DNA from: Mucilaginibacter sp.
GTDB taxonomy: Bacteria; Bacteroidota; Bacteroidia; Sphingobacteriales; Sphingobacteriaceae
DNA: 56,305 nucleotides
Direction: 5' to 3'
Assembly (NCBI GenBank): GCA_028288315.1
Contig: JAQBNY010000075.1
Coordinates: 1 to 56,305 of the forward strand
Below, one piece after another: positions 1-9,068 of this stretch (position 1 is the first letter of the stretch; the number at the start of each line of letters is the position of its first letter). Made by a program: the position numbers and the translations under genes. A model generated the notes under the pieces. That model was given only the letters and a program-made list of their open reading frames with translations, searched no databases and was not told where the DNA came from.

Positions 1-2
1 CA

Positions 3-1610
3 GCATTGGATTTAGGTAGTGGTTTAACCGTGCAGGACCAGCAAACCGTTTATTCAAACTTATATAGTTATTTAAATTACAATCATAGTTTTGGCGGTCA
101 TAGTATAAAGGCTCAGGCAGGTTATAGTATTGAACAAAGTAAATATCAATATCTTAAGGGATACCGTAAAGAGTTTACAGATCCAAGTTTAAGAGAATTA
201 AACGCGGGGAGCCCTTCTATTCAAAGCGCAGAAGGTACAGGTAACCAGTGGGGATTAATGTCTTATTTCGGACGTTTGAATTATAATTTTAAAGAACGCT
301 ATTTACTGGAAGGTAACGTACGCTATGATGGTAGTACAAAATTTGATACAAATAACAGATGGGGCGTATTCCCATCGTTTTCAGCCGGATGGAGGGTTAC
401 CGAAGAGCCGTTTGTTAAACAACTTAACATGGCATGGCTTAATAATTTTAAATTAAGAGGTTCATGGGGTAAATTAGGTAACCAAAATATTGTGATTAAT
501 AATATTTCCCAAAATTACCCTTACCAGGCGTTACTCAATCTAACTGGTAATTACTCTTTTGACAATTCTTCATTATCAAGCGGCGTAGCTCAAACCGCAT
601 TAAACAATCCGGTAATTCAATGGGAAACCGTTACAATGACCGATGTTGGTTTAGATCTGACGCTTTTTAGAAACTTTAATCTTACTGCAGACTGGTATAA
701 GAAAAGAACTTCAGATATTTTAAGGCAGTCGCAAGTTACAGCAATTGTAGGTTTAAGCGCTCCGACAATAAATGACGGTGTAGTTGATAACACAGGAGTT
801 GAGCTCGGCCTGTCATACGGTAACACAATTACAGGCGGTGCACTAAGCGGTTTTACTTATAATTTAGGTATAAACGTTGATCATAATACCAATAAGCTGG
901 TAAAATTTGGTCAGCAGGAAATTGGCAGCTATACCATTAATCAAAATGGCCAGCCATGGAACTCTTTTTATATGTTACAGGTAGCTGGTATCTTCCAGAG
1001 TGCAGCAGAGGTGCAAAATTCACCCAAGCAGTATAGTGACAATACATTGCCCGGCGACCTTAAGTATAAAGATGTGAATGGCGATGGAAAAATTGATGAC
1101 AATGACCGTACTATCGTATCTGGAGCTTTTCCAAAGCTAAACTACTCATTTAACCTTTCTGCAAGCTTTAAAGGGTTTGATTTATCGGCCATGATGCAAG
1201 GCGTATATGGGGTTAAATACTTTGTAAATAATTGGGGTACAATTCCATTTGTACAAGGGGCCCCTCCAACAACAGATTGGCTAAACAGATGGACCCCTGA
1301 GCATCCTTCAACCACTATGCCACGCATGTATTGGGGATGGAGTGCACCACAAAAGATTACCAGGCCATCAACTTACTTCTTGCAGGACGGGTCTTATTTA
1401 AGGCTTAAAAATTTAGTTTTTGGGTATACTATACCTGCTAAGGTAACTCAAAAAATAGGAGTTAGCAGATTAAGGTTCTACTTTTCAGGAGATAACCTGC
1501 TTACGATTACTAAATACCGTGGCCTTGATCCTGAACGCAACTCGAGCGGAAACTTCTTAGTGTACCCGCAAAATAAAATTTATTCATTTGGTGTAAATGT
1601 TACTTTTTAA
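3..1610 (+). CDS. susC: SusC/RagA TonB-dependent outer-membrane transporter (5'-truncated by window edge)
   Basis: SYFGRLNYNFKERYLLEGNVRYDGS, FPSFSAGW, PGDLKYKDVNGDGKID, GSYLRLKN motifs; C-terminal Phe; frame open to window start; followed by SusD. Confidence 0.96.
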   Translation, partial: ALDLGSGLTVQDQQTVYSNLYSYLNYNHSFGGHSIKAQAGYSIEQSKYQYLKGYRKEFTDPSLRELNAGSPSIQSAEGTGNQWGLMSYFGRLNYNFKERYLLEGNVRYDGSTKFDTNNRWGVFPSFSAGWRVTEEPFVKQLNMAWLNNFKLRGSWGKLGNQNIVINNISQNYPYQALLNLTGNYSFDNSSLSSGVAQTALNNPVIQWETVTMTDVGLDLTLFRNFNLTADWYKKRTSDILRQSQVTAIVGLSAPTINDGVVDNTGVELGLSYGNTITGGALSGFTYNLGINVDHNTNKLVKFGQQEIGSYTINQNGQPWNSFYMLQVAGIFQSAAEVQNSPKQYSDNTLPGDLKYKDVNGDGKIDDNDRTIVSGAFPKLNYSFNLSASFKGFDLSAMMQGVYGVKYFVNNWGTIPFVQGAPPTTDWLNRWTPEHPSTTMPRMYWGWSAPQKITRPSTYFLQDGSYLRLKNLVFGYTIPAKVTQKIGVSRLRFYFSGDNLLTITKYRGLDPERNSSGNFLVYPQNKIYSFGVNVTF

Positions 1611-1620
1611 TCTGCCATAT

Positions 1621-3135
1621 ATGAAAACCAAGATTATAATAATCCTATTTTTTGCAGCACTGAGTTTAAGTGCCTGTAAAAAAACGCTTGATCTGTATCC
1701 GCTGGATCAGATCGCAAGCGCTACCTTTTGGAAATCAAAAGGCGATTTTGACAAAGGACTTGCTGCTGTTTATTCTACACTTCAGGTTGAAGAATTTGCA
1801 GTAGGCTTGACGTTCCGCGACTGTTTAACTGATAATGCTTATGCGCAATTTAATAGCGGTAACGTAAATAATATTAATGGCGGAAATTTAACACCATCAA
1901 CTGGTGGGTTTCAGCAATCAATTTATAATGATAGTTATACCGGAATTGCCAGAATAAATAATTTTCTACAACAACTGAACGCTTACTCGGGTGCTGATGT
2001 AACCGACGACGTAAGAAAGCAATTTGAGGGGGAAGTAAAGTTTATAAGGGCATTTTATTATTTCCAGTTATATTCTATTTACGGTGATGTTCCACTGGTT
2101 TTAGAACCACTAACTTTAGCTACTCAAAAGCAAGCAAAAGTTCCTGCGGCAAAAGTTTTGGAACAGATTTTAGCTGACCTGGATTATGGTATAGCTAATT
2201 TGAGCACTAACGCTTATGGGCAAAACAGCGGACATGCTACTTCTTCAACGGCTCAGGCCTTTAAAGCAAGAGTGTTGTTGTTTGCTGCTTACGGTTCTAC
2301 AGGCACACCGGATCCAGCTATATTAACACAGGTTAGGGATCTTTGCCAGCAGGTTATGACAAAGTATTCTCTCACCAAAAACTTTGAAGACAATTTTAGA
2401 GATGCAACCCAAAAGGGTAATACAGAAATTATCTTTTCTATCAATTTTCTGGCTCCAAATAATGCCTCGCCGCTGGATATGTACTATGGCGACTGGGTTG
2501 CGGCAGGACCTCTTAAGAATTTTGTTAATGATTTTGAGTGTACAGATGGCTTGCCTTATGGTGTATCTCCGCTCACTAACACAAGTGCGCCTTTTACCAA
2601 CCGCGACCCAAGACTGGCAAAGACCGTTTTTGTCGATCATCCTGATTTTGGTAACGGATTAGTGCACTTTCCTTCTAACCCAAGGGCTACAGGATATGGC
2701 GTTATCAAATTTTTGGAACCGGGTAATATTCCGTTTGGTTTTTCAACACTTAGTCAGCAGGATATTGTAGTTATGCGTTTAGGCGAAGTAATGTTAATGT
2801 ACGCCGAAGCACAAAATGAACTGCTGGGTCCTGATGTTACAGTTTATAAAGCCACTACAGATCTCCGTGCACGTGTTAATATGCCTCCATTTCCGGCCGG
2901 TTTAACCCAAAGCCAAATGAGAGACAGAATTCGCCACGAACGCAGAGTAGAATTGGCGTTTGAAGGCTTGCATTATTATGACCTGATAAGGTGGCATACA
3001 GCTAACCAGGTACTAAACAATATTACAGACGGTTTACAGCCATACCATTTTGAGGATAAATTTTACAAATGGCCACTTCCACAAATAGAAATAGATAAAA
3101 GTGGTGGTGTATTAGTTCAAAATCCAAACTATTAA
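1621..3135 (+). CDS. susD: SusD/RagB glycan-binding lipoprotein
   Basis: Lipobox LSAC after ATG 1621 (preferred to 1597); GEVKFIRAFYY, ERRVELAFEG, terminal QNPNY. Confidence 0.95.
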   Translation: MKTKIIIILFFAALSLSACKKTLDLYPLDQIASATFWKSKGDFDKGLAAVYSTLQVEEFAVGLTFRDCLTDNAYAQFNSGNVNNINGGNLTPSTGGFQQSIYNDSYTGIARINNFLQQLNAYSGADVTDDVRKQFEGEVKFIRAFYYFQLYSIYGDVPLVLEPLTLATQKQAKVPAAKVLEQILADLDYGIANLSTNAYGQNSGHATSSTAQAFKARVLLFAAYGSTGTPDPAILTQVRDLCQQVMTKYSLTKNFEDNFRDATQKGNTEIIFSINFLAPNNASPLDMYYGDWVAAGPLKNFVNDFECTDGLPYGVSPLTNTSAPFTNRDPRLAKTVFVDHPDFGNGLVHFPSNPRATGYGVIKFLEPGNIPFGFSTLSQQDIVVMRLGEVMLMYAEAQNELLGPDVTVYKATTDLRARVNMPPFPAGLTQSQMRDRIRHERRVELAFEGLHYYDLIRWHTANQVLNNITDGLQPYHFEDKFYKWPLPQIEIDKSGGVLVQNPNY

Positions 3136-3141
3136 TAATAT

Positions 3142-3176
3142 TATTCAAGGGGTTACCTCAGGTAGCTCCTTGAATA
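3142..3176 (+). terminator. Stem-loop after susD (terminator or mRNA-stabilising hairpin)
   Basis: TATTCAAGGGGTTACC-TCA-GGTAGCTCCTTGAATA, 16-bp stem allowing G:U; weak U-tail. Confidence 0.7.
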
Positions 3177-3249
3177 CTTATTTATATTAAAAACATATTT
3201 ATGCTGATAGCCGGCACTCTGCTTGTAGCAAACAATTACGCACACCAGT

Positions 3250-4065
3250 ATGCAATTATTAAAAGATAAGGTTGTTTTTTTAACCGGTGGTACCGAAGGT
3301 ATAGGTTATGAATGCGCTAAAACATATTATAAAGCCGGAGCAAAAGTTAGCATTATAACACATAAAGAAGATAGTCTGCAGCAATGCCGTAGCAAGTTCT
3401 TTAATGATGATATCCATTACATTCTGGCCGATGTTTCACACCCGGAAGATGTTAACCGGGCTATTAATGAAACAATTGCCAGGTATGGGAAAATAGACGC
3501 TATTCATAACAATGCAGGGGTTTCAAATCCTTCAAAAACAGTATGCAACACTACTAATGATGAGTGGGATAAAGTATTTAACGTGAATGTTAAAGGTATT
3601 TATCACACCACTAAGTATGGCATTGAGGCATTAAAACAAAGTAAGGGTACTATATTAAATACAAGCAGCTTAGTGGGTAGCATTGGACAGGAGCTGCATG
3701 CTGCTTATACAGCCACAAAAGGTGCTGTTAGTGCACTTACCAAATCAATGGCGCTTGATTATGCTCCCTTTAACATTCGTGTTAATGCTGTGGCGCCTGC
3801 CGGAGTATGGACACCTATGTTAAGGCGATGGAGTAATCAGCAACCTAATGTTGGCCAGATAGAAAATTATTTAAATGAGATACATCCCCTGGGATATTGT
3901 CCGGAAGGCGATGTGGTGGCTGATGTTTGCCTTTTCCTGATATCAGAACAAGCGCGGTTTATTACAGGCTGCATATTGCCGGTATCTGGCGGAGCGGAGT
4001 TAGGTTACAGGAGGTTCATGGATCAGCAGGGGGAAAAAGGTGATGCTATATTACCTGTTGATTAA
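3250..4065 (+). CDS. SDR oxidoreductase, probable L-fucose dehydrogenase (HSD17B14-like)
   Basis: TGGTEGIG, NNAG, YTATK; SSLVGSIGQ and GGAELGY segments as in HSD17B14; next to fuconate dehydratase and GH95. Confidence 0.8.
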   Translation: MQLLKDKVVFLTGGTEGIGYECAKTYYKAGAKVSIITHKEDSLQQCRSKFFNDDIHYILADVSHPEDVNRAINETIARYGKIDAIHNNAGVSNPSKTVCNTTNDEWDKVFNVNVKGIYHTTKYGIEALKQSKGTILNTSSLVGSIGQELHAAYTATKGAVSALTKSMALDYAPFNIRVNAVAPAGVWTPMLRRWSNQQPNVGQIENYLNEIHPLGYCPEGDVVADVCLFLISEQARFITGCILPVSGGAELGYRRFMDQQGEKGDAILPVD

Positions 4066-4079
4066 AAAGTGGAGAAATA

Positions 4080-5312
4080 ATGATCAATAAGATACATGTA
4101 TCAGATGTACGCTATCCACTGCAAGGTAATGCTGGTAGTGATGCCATACACCGCGACCCGGTATATTCTTATGCGGTAACAAAGTTACGGGATGATAGCG
4201 GTATTACAGGCATCGGTTTTGCCTTTACCTTAGGAGAAGGGAATGACCTGGTATGTAAAGCAGCAGAATATTATGCACGCCAATTAGTAGGAGAGGATAT
4301 TGAAGAAATGATGGCCAATTTTGGCGAACTTTTTAATAAGCTTTCTAACGATCAGCAATTCCGTTGGCTGGGGCCACATAAAGGTGTTGTACATTTAGCA
4401 TTAGCATCTGTAACTAATGCTTGTTATGATCTGTGGGCTAAGAAACGAGGTGTACCATTATGGAAGCTGCTGATAGATCTTTCGCCGGAGCAAATTGTGA
4501 ATACACTTGATCTTTCTTATCTGGAAGATGAGTTAACCACCGCGCAGGCGCTGGAGATGTTGAAAGGCCAACAATCTAACAGAGAAGAAAGAAAGTCTAT
4601 ATTAGATAAAGGTTACCCGGGTTATGATACCTCTATAGGTTGGTTCAATTATCCTGATGAAATGGTTAGGGAGAATTGCAAAAAGGCATTAGGCGAAGGC
4701 TTTACCGCCATGAAGTTAAAGGTAGGTTCTGCCGATCCTGATAGGGACATCCGCAGAGCGCACATTGTACGTGACGTAGCAGGCGAAGATATAAAAGTGA
4801 TGTTGGATGCCAACCAGCAATGGAACCTGCCACAAGCTATAGATATTTGTACCAGGTTAAAGGGCATGAACCCTTATTGGATAGAAGAGCCAACGCATCC
4901 GGACGATGTTAATGCACATACCAAACTGGCAAAGGCAATAGCTCCGGTTAAGCTTGCCCTTGGTGAGCATGTGCCAAATAAAATCATTTTTAAAAATTAT
5001 TTACAGTCGGGCTCATCTTCATTTATGCAGGTTGATGCAGTACGCGTTGGTGGAGTAAGCGAGTTTATAACTATTAGTTTGTTATGTAAAAAGTTTGGTG
5101 TGCCAGTAGTACCCCATGTGGGCGATATGGGTCAGTTACATCAACATTTAGTATTATTTAACCATATTGCAATGGGACATGAAGCTTTGTTTCTGGAGCA
5201 TATTCCACACTTGCAAAAGCACTTTGTACATCCTGCACAAATTATTAACGGCGTTTACAAAACACCACAGGAGCCTGGCAGTAGTTGCGACCTGGTTGTT
5301 TTAAAAGATTAA
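4080..5312 (+). CDS. L-fuconate dehydratase (enolase superfamily, FucD/ENOSF1-like)
   Basis: GSDAIHRDPVYS, QFRWLGPHKGVVHLA, KLKVG, DANQQW, WIEEPTHPDD, GEH. Confidence 0.88.
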   Translation: MINKIHVSDVRYPLQGNAGSDAIHRDPVYSYAVTKLRDDSGITGIGFAFTLGEGNDLVCKAAEYYARQLVGEDIEEMMANFGELFNKLSNDQQFRWLGPHKGVVHLALASVTNACYDLWAKKRGVPLWKLLIDLSPEQIVNTLDLSYLEDELTTAQALEMLKGQQSNREERKSILDKGYPGYDTSIGWFNYPDEMVRENCKKALGEGFTAMKLKVGSADPDRDIRRAHIVRDVAGEDIKVMLDANQQWNLPQAIDICTRLKGMNPYWIEEPTHPDDVNAHTKLAKAIAPVKLALGEHVPNKIIFKNYLQSGSSSFMQVDAVRVGGVSEFITISLLCKKFGVPVVPHVGDMGQLHQHLVLFNHIAMGHEALFLEHIPHLQKHFVHPAQIINGVYKTPQEPGSSCDLVVLKD

Positions 5313-5330
5313 TTTTACGAAATAGCATAT

Positions 5331-6983
5331 ATGATAGGATCCTTTGATGCCACCATTAGCATTTTATATGTAATCATTATCCTCATCATTGGCTTATGGA
5401 CAGGTTTAAAGCATCGTTCATTAACTAATAAAGCAAATGTGGCCAACGGTTATTTTCTGGCTGGTAAAAGCTTACGCTGGCCAATGATTGGGCTGGCACT
5501 TTTTGCAACAAATATATCCTGTGTGCATTTGGTGAGCCTTGCTCAAAGCGGTTTCGATACTGGCTTACTCAACGGTACTTTTGAATGGATGGCAGCATTC
5601 ACACTTATTTTGCTTGCTCTGTTCTTTGTACCCTTCTATATCAAATCTGGTGTATCTACCTTGCCTGATTTTTTAGAAAAACGTTATAACACTGCAAGTA
5701 GAGACTGGCTGACCTTTATATCAATACTATCGGCCATTATTATTCATATCTCGTTCTCTTTGCTGGCAGGTGGTATTGTTTTACAAACGTTATTCGGTGT
5801 AAACATGTACACCAGCGTAATTATTATAGCAGTTATTACTACGGTTTACACAGTGGTTGGCGGCTTAAAAGCAGTAGTTGTTACCGAATCTATCCAAACT
5901 GTAGTATTGTTAAGCGGTGCGGTTATCATGAGTGTGGTTGCCTACAATAAAATGGGCGGTTGGAATAATATGGTAGGAGTTATGCAGCAAAAAAACGAAT
6001 TAAGCAGACTATCAATGATGCGGCCACATGGCGATAGCAGTGGTTTACCCTGGTATGCTGTTATATTAGGTTACCCGGTATTAGGCATTTGGTATTGGTG
6101 TGCCGATCAAACAATTGTTCAACGTGTTTTAGGCGCTAAGGATGAGAATAATGCAAGGGTTGGGCCTTTGTTTTGCGGTTTTATAAAGATACTACCGGTG
6201 TTTATTTTTGTTATGCCTGGCCTGTTTGCCTATGCCTTGTACCAAACCGGGCATTTAGATGTAAGCAGTTTAACAACCATGGTTGCAGGTAAAGAAGTAG
6301 TTAATAGTAAAGGAATTTATACCCTGATGATATTGCAGCTGATTCCAAAAGGATTGGCGGGGATATTGGTTGCCGCTTTGCTATCGGGTTTAATGAGCCA
6401 GATATCGGGAGCTCTCAATTCTATTTCAACTATGGTGAGTTATGATATCTATAAACGTTATAAACCGGGGGCTACAGATGGAAACCTGGTTACGGCAGGT
6501 AAAATAGCGGCCGGTTTATCATTTGTGCTATCATTACTGCTATTGCCACTGCTAAATAATTACGAAAGTATTTTTAACGGACTTAATGATATTATTGCTC
6601 ACATTGCGCCACCCATTACATGTGTGTTTTTATTAGGTGTTTTCTGGGGGAAGGCATCTGCCAAATCTGCCCAGCTCACTTTATATATTGGATCTGCGGC
6701 CGGAGTATTGGTTTTTGCTTATAGTAAGCTATTGCCGCATACGTTAATAGGGCAGGTGCCATTTATGATGATGGCGTTTTACCTGTTTGTTTTTTGTTTA
6801 GTAGTACAGGTAAGCCTTTCATTTGCATTTCCGGTAAAGCATACTATTGAAAGTGTAAAGCTCTATTGGAGATCGCCATTTGCAGCTTTACAAAGCCCCG
6901 GATGGGCAGGATTTGGTAATTACAAGTTTCTATCTGTATTACTAATCTCGGTAATGGTTGTATTATTCTGGGTTTTTAGATAA
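5331..6983 (+). CDS. Sodium:solute symporter (SGLT-like sugar transporter)
   Basis: YFLAGKSL, LFATNIS, WYWCADQTIVQRVL; many hydrophobic helices. Confidence 0.93.
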   Translation: MIGSFDATISILYVIIILIIGLWTGLKHRSLTNKANVANGYFLAGKSLRWPMIGLALFATNISCVHLVSLAQSGFDTGLLNGTFEWMAAFTLILLALFFVPFYIKSGVSTLPDFLEKRYNTASRDWLTFISILSAIIIHISFSLLAGGIVLQTLFGVNMYTSVIIIAVITTVYTVVGGLKAVVVTESIQTVVLLSGAVIMSVVAYNKMGGWNNMVGVMQQKNELSRLSMMRPHGDSSGLPWYAVILGYPVLGIWYWCADQTIVQRVLGAKDENNARVGPLFCGFIKILPVFIFVMPGLFAYALYQTGHLDVSSLTTMVAGKEVVNSKGIYTLMILQLIPKGLAGILVAALLSGLMSQISGALNSISTMVSYDIYKRYKPGATDGNLVTAGKIAAGLSFVLSLLLLPLLNNYESIFNGLNDIIAHIAPPITCVFLLGVFWGKASAKSAQLTLYIGSAAGVLVFAYSKLLPHTLIGQVPFMMMAFYLFVFCLVVQVSLSFAFPVKHTIESVKLYWRSPFAALQSPGWAGFGNYKFLSVLLISVMVVLFWVFR

Positions 6984-7003
6984 CAATTGTCAAACAAGCA
7001 AGA

Positions 7004-8941
7004 ATGTTAAAATATTTTTTCACCCTTATTATTTCTGTGTGTTTTTTGCCTTCATTAAAGGCGCAGTCATCTGGTAAAGCTACCTGGAAGGGTTTTCAAC
7101 GTATTGATTTTAGCATTAACCAACATACTGCATATTATGTGAAACCGGTTCATCCGTTACAAGGTAATCCTTGGGTTTGGCGGTCTTCATTTGCAAACTG
7201 GCATACCGATATAGATAGTATTTTGCTCACAAAAGGTTTTTATGTAGCCTATATTAATGTAGATGACCAATATGGCAGTCCGCAGGCTATGCAGGTTTGG
7301 GATAAGTTTTATGCTTACTTATTAAAAAATGCGTCGCTATCTTCAAGGCCTGCATTAGAGGCTGTAAGCCGTGGCGCATTGTATGCGTATGCCTGGGCAA
7401 AGCGCAACCCAGATAAGGTGAGCTGTATTTATGCCGAAACACCGGTTTGCGACTTTAAAAGCTGGCCCGGTGGAAAAGGTACAAGTATGCGAGATACTAC
7501 AGCCTGGAAACAATTGAAGCTGGCATACCAGTTTACAGAACAACAGGCCCTTGATTATAAAGATAACCCTGTTGATAATCTGGAAGGAATGGCATCTTTC
7601 GGCATTCCAATACTGCATGTTATTAGCACGAAAGATAAATTAGTGCCTCCGCCAGAGAATACTTATCCCTTATTTGAAAAGTATAGAGCACTGGGAGGAA
7701 ACGCTACTACTGAGGTAATGGATAAGGAACCTCAGGAAATGTCAGGTCACCATTTTAATATTGAGCATCCCGAGAAATTTGCCGGTTTTATAATGAATAA
7801 CTCGTATCCTGTTAAACAGTTGTTACCATATCAAAACTATTATTCAGAAAGGGGAGGGATAAATGATTTTCTTGCCGTTATCTCTAAAAAACAATCGGCA
7901 ACGGTTGCATTTTTAGGCGGTTCTCTTACTTTTAACCCCGGCTGGCGTGACAAGGTTACTGAATACCTAAAAGAGAATTTTCCCAAAACCAAGTTTCGGT
8001 TTATTCAAGCGGGAATACCATCATTAGGAAGCTTACCACATGCATTTCGCCTGAAACGCGATCTGTTAGACTCTGGCAATGTTGACTTACTATTTGTAGA
8101 AGCTGCCGTAAATGACAGGGTAAATGGTACCGATAGTATTACTCAGGTTCGCGATCTTGAAGGAATAGTACGGCATGCAAAACGTGCTAACCCGTTAATG
8201 GATATTATCCTGATGTCCTTTGCTGATCCGGACAAGAACGGAGACTATGAGAAAGGAAAAACGCCTGCCGAAGTGTCTAATCACGAATTAGTAGCCAATC
8301 ATTATAATTTGCCATCCATCAACCTCGCAAAAGAGGTTTATGATAAAATTAAAAATAAGGAATTTAACTGGAAACAAGACTTTAAAGATCTACACCCGTC
8401 TCCGTTTGGGCAGGAACTATACTTTGCAACTATAAAAAGCTTATTGCAAAAATGCATAGACCAACCTGTTACCAAACAGGTTATCAATCCTTTATCCAAG
8501 CCTTTAAATACAGCAAGTTTTGAACATGGGGGTTACTATAATATAACTAATGCAAAACACGACCAAAGCTGGACACTCAACAATAACTGGATACCTACAG
8601 ATCAATTGGGTACCCGCCCTGGTTTTGTAAATATCCCTGTGTTATCTGCAGATAAGCCCGGCTCCGAGCTAACGCTTTCTTTCAATGGAACAGCTATTGG
8701 TATGGGTGTTGTATCAGGCGGAGATGCGGGGATAGTTTCTTATTCAATTGATGGTAGTAAATATAAGGATATAGACTTGTTTACGGCCTGGAGCAATATG
8801 TTGCATTTACCATGGTATGTGCTTTTTAATGGCAACCTAAACAAGGGGAAGCATATTTTAAAGTTAAAAATAGCCGATCATAATAATGCAAAAAGTAAAG
8901 GCAATGCCTGCAGAATAGTATATTTTTTGAGGAATGAATAA
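7004..8941 (+). CDS. Secreted alpha/beta-hydrolase + SGNH/GDSL esterase fusion
   Basis: Signal peptide; nucleophile elbow AVSRG, KDKLV, GHH; second domain FLGGSLT...EAAVND...DLHP. Confidence 0.8.
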   Translation: MLKYFFTLIISVCFLPSLKAQSSGKATWKGFQRIDFSINQHTAYYVKPVHPLQGNPWVWRSSFANWHTDIDSILLTKGFYVAYINVDDQYGSPQAMQVWDKFYAYLLKNASLSSRPALEAVSRGALYAYAWAKRNPDKVSCIYAETPVCDFKSWPGGKGTSMRDTTAWKQLKLAYQFTEQQALDYKDNPVDNLEGMASFGIPILHVISTKDKLVPPPENTYPLFEKYRALGGNATTEVMDKEPQEMSGHHFNIEHPEKFAGFIMNNSYPVKQLLPYQNYYSERGGINDFLAVISKKQSATVAFLGGSLTFNPGWRDKVTEYLKENFPKTKFRFIQAGIPSLGSLPHAFRLKRDLLDSGNVDLLFVEAAVNDRVNGTDSITQVRDLEGIVRHAKRANPLMDIILMSFADPDKNGDYEKGKTPAEVSNHELVANHYNLPSINLAKEVYDKIKNKEFNWKQDFKDLHPSPFGQELYFATIKSLLQKCIDQPVTKQVINPLSKPLNTASFEHGGYYNITNAKHDQSWTLNNNWIPTDQLGTRPGFVNIPVLSADKPGSELTLSFNGTAIGMGVVSGGDAGIVSYSIDGSKYKDIDLFTAWSNMLHLPWYVLFNGNLNKGKHILKLKIADHNNAKSKGNACRIVYFLRNE

Positions 8942-9068
8942 TCCATTTATTTGCAGGTTTTATCCATTTTAAACAGGGATATAATCTTATATTTTTAATT
9001 AACCAATTATTAATGCAACTGTTAATATAACCGATATCCGGGATATTTACAGTCCAAAAGCTTAGATC

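Noticed and set aside
3201-3269. 22-codon ORF MLIAGTLLVANNYAHQYAIIKR overlapping the SDR start
   Set aside because: No coupling geometry or leader-peptide signature; likely chance
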